Source: a virus (Duplodnaviria; Caudoviricetes). Taken from it: a stretch of 43,302 nucleotides of DNA. Of this stretch, positions 1-7,800 are shown piece after piece; within the stretch, counting starts at the first letter, position 1; the number at the start of each line of letters is the position of its first letter. Both the position numbers and the translations under genes were made by a program. Under the pieces are notes generated by a model. It did not search any database. It was not told the DNA's origin and saw nothing but the letters and a program-made list of their open reading frames with translations. Location of the stretch: the IMG/VR virus record IMGVR_UViG_3300044580_000031, positions 1 through 43,302 of that record. The stretch is one strand, 5' to 3'.

Positions 1-221
1 TTGTCGTTGCTGATCTGATATTTGACGCTTATCAGTCTCCCCGTATAGCCCCTCAGATAGTCGGACAACTGATACGGCCACGGGTCCGCTTCGCCGGTCA
101 GCATGGGATTCACTGCGAAGGAATTGTCTTCCACGACCACGCTCTTGCCGCTCACCCTGCTGTCCCAGGGCTTAAAAGTCCTGCCGCCATACAGGTTCGG
201 GTATTTTAAGCCATCATCCAT
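1..221 (-). CDS. Host hypothetical protein downstream of cotJC, runs off the window edge; possibly sporulation/coat related
   Basis: ATG at 221 preceded by AGGTGA RBS; frame open to the window edge (MDDGLKYPNLYGG...LSDYLRGYTGRLISVKY); co-oriented with cotJC. Confidence 0.55.
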   Translation of the reverse strand, partial: MDDGLKYPNLYGGRTFKPWDSRVSGKSVVVEDNSFAVNPMLTGEADPWPYQLSDYLRGYTGRLISVKYQISND

Positions 222-241
222 TCGATCACCTGCATCCGCCG

Positions 242-784
242 CTATGGCTGCGCGTTGCTGTCCTTTACCACGACATCCCTTACGGCGTTGATATTGGGGA
301 GCTTATATATCCTTTTGTTTTCCAGGTACTCCTGGACATAGCGCAGGGCCTCGCCGAACCGCTGGAAGTGCACGACCTCCCTCTCCCGCAAAAACTTAAG
401 CGGTTCGATCACATCCGGGTCGTCGGCCATGCGGATCAGATATTCGTAGGTCGACCGCGCTTTCTGCTCGGCCGCCATATTCTCGTACAGATCCGTTATG
501 GGATCGCCTTTTGACTGTATATAGGCGGCCGTGAAGGGAACGCCGGCCGCGCTGACGGGATAGACCGCGCCGTCATGGTCCACGTAATAGGGAGCCATGG
601 AGCTGGCTTCGATCTCCTCCCGGCTGGCCCCCTGGGACAGCTGCCTGACCATGGTCCCCACCATTTCAAGGTGGGCAAGCTCTTCCGTTCCGATATCGTT
701 CAGGGTTGCTTTGGCCTCCGGGGTAACCATGGAAAAGCGCTGGCTTAAATATCGCAAAGATGCCGCCAGCTCCCCGTCGGGTCC
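242..784 (-). pseudogene. cotJC: 3' portion of manganese-catalase-family spore coat protein CotJC, interrupted by the prophage
   Basis: Frame reads GPDGELAASLRYLSQR...DIGTEELAHLEMV...ENMAAEQKARSTYE...FLREREVVHFQRFGEAL, which are CotJC/Mn-catalase motifs. The N-terminus is missing and an in-frame TAA lies just upstream of GGPDGE. Confidence 0.92.
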
Positions 785-808
785 ACCTTACTGTAATAGA
801 CTACGATT
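762..808. other. Host-prophage junction (attL/attR hybrid); crossover core GGTCC at 780-784
   Basis: cotJC coding sequence lies to the left. From 780 rightward the sequence is identical to the right arm of the att site at 43248-43302. Confidence 0.85.
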
Positions 809-834
809 ATATTCCCTTATCTTTTGTTTTCTGG
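780..834 (+). repeat. 55-bp perfect direct repeat, copy 1 (copy 2 at 43248-43302)
   Basis: GGTCCACCTTACTGTAATAGACTACGATTATATTCCCTTATCTTTTGTTTTCTGG is present at both positions. Confidence 0.97.
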
Positions 835-897
835 CATTGACATCTTTCTTGCATAACTATATCCTAAATACGATGATAATAGAAATGGGATGATATT

Positions 898-1197
898 ATG
901 AAAAAGCTCATCATCGGCATAATAGTCCTCTCTATCTTCGACGCCATCGCCACGGCTGCCGGCGTTTCATCCGGAGAAGTCATCGAGGCGAACACCCTCC
1001 TTGCAGGTGCCGTCATGTCAAGTCCCTGGATTGCTTGCGGCTTTGTGTGTCTGGGCGTCTGTAGCCTGATGGTATTAGTCCTGCGCCTATACAATAAACA
1101 TAATAAGCCTAAATGGGTCCCATATGCTTTGTCACTGGTATTTGCGGAGCGCGTTATAATTGCGGCCGTCCATTTTGCCGGTATCGCGGCTCTATAA
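898..1197 (+). CDS. Small membrane protein, DUF5658-like
   Basis: Three hydrophobic segments and a D-x-x-x-T...G...EAN motif (FDAIATAAGVSSGEVIEANTLL). Confidence 0.65.
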   Translation: MKKLIIGIIVLSIFDAIATAAGVSSGEVIEANTLLAGAVMSSPWIACGFVCLGVCSLMVLVLRLYNKHNKPKWVPYALSLVFAERVIIAAVHFAGIAAL

Positions 1198-1223
1198 AAT
1201 TTTACCATATCGTCCCTCCGCTA

Positions 1224-1252
1224 TTGACATTTCCCAGTAAACATAATATATT
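1224..1252 (+). promoter_or_regulatory. SigmaA-type promoter for the pilin gene
   Basis: TTGACA-N17-TATATT, followed by the RBS AAAGGAGAGG. Confidence 0.7.
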
Positions 1253-1283
1253 TGGTTATCATATCGAATAAAGGAGAGGACCT

Positions 1284-1703
1284 ATGAAAAATCTCAAATT
1301 TCGCCACAACAACAAGGGTTTCTCATTGGTAGAGTTAATAATCGTAATCGCGATCATGGCAGCACTCATTGCCATCATCGCTCCGCAGTATCTGAAGTAT
1401 GTTGAGAAATCGCGCGTGCAGGCTGACGAAACGACAGCAGCCGAAATTCTCAGCGCAACTAAGGTTGCCGCCTCTGACCCTGCAGTAAATCTTTTGGCGG
1501 GAGATTACAAAGTCGCTTGGAACGGCGGGAGCTCTGTTACCGTTACTGCTCCTTCCGGCGACGATGGTACATTTAGCACCGCTGTCACCGGGGCGATCGG
1601 AGCAACACCTGCAATAAAATCAACGACGCATAAAAGTCAAACCTACACCGTCACTGTGACTGTAGCCGGCACCGGTGTGACCGTCAACGCTGCATGGGCA
1701 TAG
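1284..1703 (+). CDS. Type IV (major-type) pilin with prepilin peptidase cleavage/N-methylation site
   Basis: Basic leader, then KG|FSLVELIIVIAIMAALIAIIAPQY with G-1, F+1, E+5 and P22; 139 aa. Confidence 0.93.
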   Translation: MKNLKFRHNNKGFSLVELIIVIAIMAALIAIIAPQYLKYVEKSRVQADETTAAEILSATKVAASDPAVNLLAGDYKVAWNGGSSVTVTAPSGDDGTFSTAVTGAIGATPAIKSTTHKSQTYTVTVTVAGTGVTVNAAWA

Positions 1704-1802
1704 CGCCTTCCCCTTAAAGGCGTCAGACATATATGCACAAGGCCGAGTAGGCTCTGACAACCTCTCATCCTCCCCGGCCTTTTGTGCCTGAGCGCTAGGA
1801 TC

Positions 1803-1850
1803 ACATAGAAAAACAGAACCGGGATTTCTCTCGGTTCTGTTTTTCTATGT
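1803..1850. terminator. Bidirectional intrinsic terminator between the cargo block and the late operon
   Basis: 19-bp perfect inverted repeat ACATAGAAAAACAGAACCG...CGGTTCTGTTTTTCTATGT with A/T tracts, lying between convergent genes. Confidence 0.85.
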
Positions 1851-1855
1851 TCTCT

Positions 1856-4800
1856 TTAGTCAAGCCCTGTCAGTCTCAGCCCGTCGTTGTCCCCCTGCAG
1901 CATTGCCCGTACCCTGGCTCCCACGCTTGCGTTGTACGGATTCTTCGCCGAGCTCCAGCTTTTGTTCATGAGCTGCCAGAGGGCCGCGCGCTGCGCGGTT
2001 GTCAGGCCGGGGATCGCGTCTATCGCCTCTTTGGCCTCCGCCTGGGTGAGGCTTCCGTTTTCGTCGATGATCGCCGCGTTTTCTTTCGCTTTGATGTATG
2101 CCGCCGGCGGCACATCGTAGCCGTATCCCGTTTCGATTCTCTTGTATTCGCTTTCTCTCAGGACTACGGACAGCGCCGCCAGTTGGTCCCGCTCGTTGGT
2201 TATCGCATCCACGACTGTGCGGGCCTTCTCCATATCACTCATAGTCTCCCCTTCCGGCAGCGCTGCCGAAGCGTCCCGCAGCAGGCCGTCCAGCTTCAGG
2301 GCCGCGTCCTCGCTGATTCCCGCGGACGTGAACTTCTCGTACCGCTCCGCCTCCTGGGGAATCTGGCTGAAATACTTGAACGCCTCTGTCACAGCGGCCT
2401 TTTGTTTCTCTGAATATCCTTTTTTGTCTGCCCAGTTAGAAAACATAGTCGCGCGTACACCGGCGTTATCGTACTTCTCTTCGATTGTCGTATACTGGTT
2501 CTGCGCCTCAAGGAAATCGTTGAAGCTGAGGCCCGTCTTCATCACGGACGCAATATCGTCATCCCGTTTATCGGAAATCCGATCCCGATAGATGGCGATT
2601 TTGTCTTTCTCGCTGAGATCCGCGTCTATGAGGGCTGTCCGGTTCGCGATGTTCACCGCGCTTCCTTTCAGCGTCCCGTTTTCCTTGAACTCCAGCAGCA
2701 GCCTGGCCGCCTCCGCGCTGTCGCTCACCTCATCCAGCAAGACTCTCTCGTCATCGGAAGCAAATCTTTCGTAGTAGATCATTGCCTTTTCGGCCGGACT
2801 CAGCTCCGAGCTTCTGAGCGCTTCCCGTTTTGCCTTTGAGCCCTCTTCTCCCCTAAGCACATTCGCTTCCTTTATCACTGACAAGACCTTCGCGACCTCC
2901 CCGGCATCGGCCCCCTCTTCCTCCATCGCGTCCATAAGCTCTCTTTCCTCTTCGCTCGCCATCATCCCGTAGTAGATGACGGCCTTTCCTTCTTTTGAGA
3001 TCTTGGATTCTTTCAGCAGCTGCAGCTTCAGATACGCTTTGCCGTACTCGTCCTCCTTGTCCGGATCTTCGACCTTGCTCAGATCCTCCAGGATCCCATA
3101 AGCCTCCCGCGCGGAAACGCCCACGTCCAGCAGCCCCTGATACATGGCCGTCTGCACGGCGCTCATGGATTTGAATTCCCGCTCGACCCACTCCCGCGCC
3201 TCCGGGAGAGCGCTCTTCCCGAAGATCACGCTCTGTATGAAGTTCATGGCCGTCTTCACGGGGCTGTCGTTGAATACCGGGTACTGCAGGATATCCCTTC
3301 CCTCGGAATCCACGGCATAGCTTCCCTGCCGCAGTACCGTCTGGATACCCTGATAGGCTTTTTTCACCTGGCCGCCGCCGAATGGCAGCGCAAGGTATGC
3401 CATAGGATCTATTATTTCCGTTTTGAGAGTGTTCCAGTTTTTCCGCTCGTTTCCCTGGTTAAATATGAGTTTTCCGGCTGCCCCAAATAGTTTTACGAAG
3501 TTCGGCACCGCGTTATATATCGGCAATCTTCCACCGCCCAGCAGTCCGCCGACAAACGGCAGTTCCTCTGCAAAGCCCTTGAAGAGCGCCCCGGTAGCTT
3601 CGGTGTATCCCAGCCGCTCCGTCTGGAAGCTTGGCAAGTCTCCCTTGACCGCGCCGATCCCCAGCTCCACCATGTTCGGCAGCTCATACCCAGTGAAGTC
3701 CCCGATCGAATCATTCAGGATGCCGAGAGGGTCCAGCGCCGGCCGCCGCCCGATGAGATACTCATACAGCTCATCATACAGCCAGGCCCCCAGCAGGAAC
3801 TTCATCAGCGCCAGTGACAGGCGCAGGACTCCTTTTTTTCTTTCCTCCGGTATCAGGTCCTTAAACAGGAAGGAGAGCTGATTGTTTACCTCAAGCTGGA
3901 ACTGCGTCACCAGCTTTATCAGCGGATTCTGTGAGGCGAATAACGTCGGGCTGGATCCTTTCGACCTGTCCGCCATGATGCCCGCGACCCACCCGTCGGC
4001 TTCCTCCATGGCCGCCGCATCACTCAGTCCCTCGCGGAGATTTTTGGTATACCTCGCACGGATGAGGCTTCCGGCCGTGAAGCCGTCGATGATCCGCATC
4101 GGCGTTGAAAGTAAACTGGATACCGCCTGCGACTTGGTTCGCACAAGTGGATCCGACCCTCTCCGGTTTGTCAGAAAATCCGAGGTTTCAATCATGCCGT
4201 CCTCTTCAACAAAGGAATTCAGCGTGTCCCACATGCCCCTTAGCAAATCTACAGACCCGACCTGACTCCATCCCTGGGTTAAGGGGATGAGGTTTGTGAG
4301 CCAGCTCGCCGGATTGATCGCCACCATGTTCGCGGCCACCCGGCTCTCCAGCGATTTCGCAAGATTGTAGAAGCCCCTCCCAACTAACTGCTCCATCTTG
4401 CGATCCAGCGCGCTCTTCTTGTTCGCCAAGAGGTTCGTGTACTCCTCCAGATCCACAACGAAGTTTGAAAGCGCGTATTCTCCCTCCCGAAAGATGGAGT
4501 CGATTCTCTCCTTTTTCTCCTCGTCCGTGAGCGCCGCGTTCTTCCGGACCCGGTCCACCTGCTCCCGGATCCCCTCGTCACCTGTGCGGTACCGGATCTG
4601 CTCAGCCAATGCTCTCAGCGCCTGGATATCATCCGTGTGGTAGATTACGTCCGTCACGCCCTCTATGTATCGGTCGAAGCCCTCCACCGCGTCATAATTG
4701 GTGTTGACGCCCTTTCTCTCCTGGGCCCCGCCGAACCACCGGATACCCGGCCGGAAAGAATGCGTCATGCCGTTAATCGTTGTGGGTAATGCCGTCACCT

Positions 4801-7800
4801 CGGTTTCGATCCCCAGCGCGTGGCCCATCTTTTTGATAATGCTGTCCGACTGATCCTTCTGGAAGTGCGGAAAGTATCCTCTGCGGTAGTTCACCGGCTC
4901 ATAGCCGTTCCGGATCCTCGCCTCGTTCATCTGCTCGAAAAGCTCGTTGTAGATTGCCCGGAATTCCTCCACGGCCTTTTTGATCTTCCCCTTGTTAAGG
5001 TTTGGACTCTTCACCCACAGGTCATCTACGATGCCCTTCCAGTCCGCGAGACTCTTTCCGTCCCTGTCCTTCACACGACCCTTGGAGGATTCTAAGTATT
5101 CTATGGCGTCCGTTGCCTCTCCGAGAAGCTGCACGGCGGCGGCCTCGGAGATTTGATTGCCCTTCTCTACGCGCCGGCTCAGGTTCAGTGCCTTCACGCG
5201 CGCACGATATGCGTCCCGTGCTCTCGTCCGCTTTGCCTCGTTCTTATGGACAGGCGTGAAATACGTCGCAATGATCCTTTCCGCCAGCTTCCTGTTGGGT
5301 ACGATGTCGCGGATGTTCCGCTCCATCGTTTCCCTCATGTATAGGATACCGGCTTTTTTGTCCTTCCAGATGTTCGCCGTTTCCAGCAATCCGTCCGCTT
5401 TCTTCCGGAGTGCCGCCTTCCGCCCGGCGTTGTGCTTCCGCAGGATCTCTCCCAGCCGCTCATACTCGAGCTTAGCCTCGTATACGGCCTTGATCCCCTT
5501 ATAATTCGCCCTGTCTGTCGGGATATCCTCCAGTCCGATCTCCCCCTTCAGCAGGCGGTCGACCTGGGCGTTGTCGTACTCGGTCAGGAGATTCTTCCTT
5601 ACGGCCTTCTCGGACATCCTCCGCGCGTCCTTGTACAGGAGCCACAGCTCCCGCACGTCCTTGGTTGACAGATCCTTCTCCTCCGTCTCCCGCCTGGCCT
5701 CCTCCGCGTAGCGCTTGACGGACCTAACCTCTATCATCACGTCCCCGATGATGTTTTTAAAGTCCTCCCTGGCGTATCTCCGTATTTCGTCCGAATGATC
5801 CCCGTAATAGTCGTCCAGAGATTTCTCCACCTTGTATATGCTCTTGGCAACGTCGCTGATCTGCCTTAGCATATCCGCGGGGTGCGTGACGTCCCCGGGA
5901 AAGAGCTCCGGGTACTCCTCGGCCAGTTCCATGTACACCGTATCCACCGGCGTCCCGTCGTTGACGATCTTCAGCGTCCCGAAGTTTGAGCGCAGGAAAT
6001 CCGACCAGTCCGCGAAGTCCTTCTTGTCCCGCTCCGAAAGAGTAATGCGTCTCTCCCGCAGCTGTTCTTTCAGACTGCGGTACTGACTGTAATACTCATC
6101 GTCCACAGCTACCGCCTCGTCGTAGGCCACCTCGAACATGCTTTCTATGGTCTCATCCGATACCTGTCCGGTTAACAGGTATTCGCCCGATATCATTCTG
6201 GCGATGTCCTGCAGGAATTCCCGCTGCGCCCACCTCGGCACGCCCAGCAGACCCCCGACCCTGGATACCAAGCCCTTCTCCGCGCGTTTTAAGAAGGCCT
6301 GCGCCTTCTGCGGCATGTTGCTTATATACTCCTCCGCCTTGCCGGCGTCGTAGTCCGGTTTCTTCTCGGTCCTCTGATAGCCGTATACGCTGTCCCAGAA
6401 GGCGTCATACTCCTCCTGGAACCGTTCCTTCTCCACGATCTCAGGCTCCGTCTCCAGCAAGGCCGCGAGTTCTTTCTCTTCCGGCTGGTACTTTCCTGGC
6501 ACGGGCTCCAGCTGCGTCACCGGCAAAGCCACCGTCGCCCGCTTCCCCTCCTGCTTGTTCCAGAAGGAAACCTTCAGGTATTTCACGCCCTGCGCGTTCG
6601 TGATGGAGAGACCCGTCACAAGCCCGATGTTTCCCCGCTCCATGGCTTTTACCCAGGTCTTGAAGGGGAATATTTGAACATTATCGATCACGGGATATCC
6701 CGCCTGCTTGGCCTGCTCCTCCGTCTCCAGCCACGGCGCCAGTGTCCCCCGCTCCTCTTCCTCCACCGAATACCGCGTGTTGACAATTCCCAGCTGCTGC
6801 TGTATATTGGATATAGAAAAACGGTTGCCAGAGAAAGCGGCTGCGTCGGCGTTGCCGGTCGAGAGCGCTCTGGGGCCGTTTTTCTGCATCCATGCGTCAA
6901 TATTGCTTTCTTTTCCGAAGAATGCCGTCCTTAAAATAACCCGGCCGGAAGGCATAAACTCCAATAGAACGCCGGCGAATCCTTCCGGCGTTTCGACTTT
7001 CGTCACCACCGGCGTACCGTCGTATGTACCTTTTCTGTCACTAATCCGAGCAGCCAGAACATTGTCAAGCCCTTCGACTATCTCTTTGACCTGATCGGCA
7101 GACATTCCGTGCTTATTCACTAAATGCTCTACGCCATTGAAGAACACATCGATTTCAGCCGGCGTCTCGAAACTGAAATAACTTTTGTTTTTCTCTTGGG
7201 GATTGCTTCTGTTTTCCAGAACATGATCGTAATAATCCTGAAAGTCTTCATATCCGCTTTTGTACATGGCAGAATAACGCGCGGGCGGGCCCCTGGTCCG
7301 GTTCGCCTCCCGCTCCGACACCGTCTTCGTTTTCTCATCGGTGACGCTCCTCACCTCTTCCGTATACTTTGTGGCGCCGGCGCCGAATGCGTTGATTCCG
7401 GCATAGGCGTCGGCGTAGATCTCCTCCAGGACAGCCAAACCGTCGTACAGGCCGTGGTACGCATCCTGGTACCGCCTGACGATCTTGGCAAATTCTGCTT
7501 CCGTGTACTTCTCCTGAAGAGCCTCCCGTATGGAGGAGACGAGCCCCGGATTTCCCTCGGCCAGCGCGTGGAAAAGCTCGTGGTCCGCCAGCTGCGATAT
7601 GCCGATCTGCATATTGTTTGCCTGAATAAAAATACGCCCGTTTGAATAGACGCCTCTGACTGCCCGGGTCTTTCCGCTTGCGTCCCGTACCTGCAGCTGG
7701 CCATGGAAATACGTCACTTCTATTCCGTATTTCCGCAGCGATTCGGCAACGGCCGTCTCCTCCTCGTCCCAGGCGCTCTCCGGCACGGCAGTCACTGAAG

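Noticed and set aside
103-291. + strand 62-aa ORF, and the 597-893 ORF
   Set aside because: Antisense to better-supported - strand host genes; no RBS or motif
780-834. 55-bp repeat as a long att core or terminal repeat
   Set aside because: Serine integrases use very short cores. Only about 5 bp are shared with the cotJC side, and the second copy stops at the window end, so it is better explained as the attP right arm plus assembly overlap.
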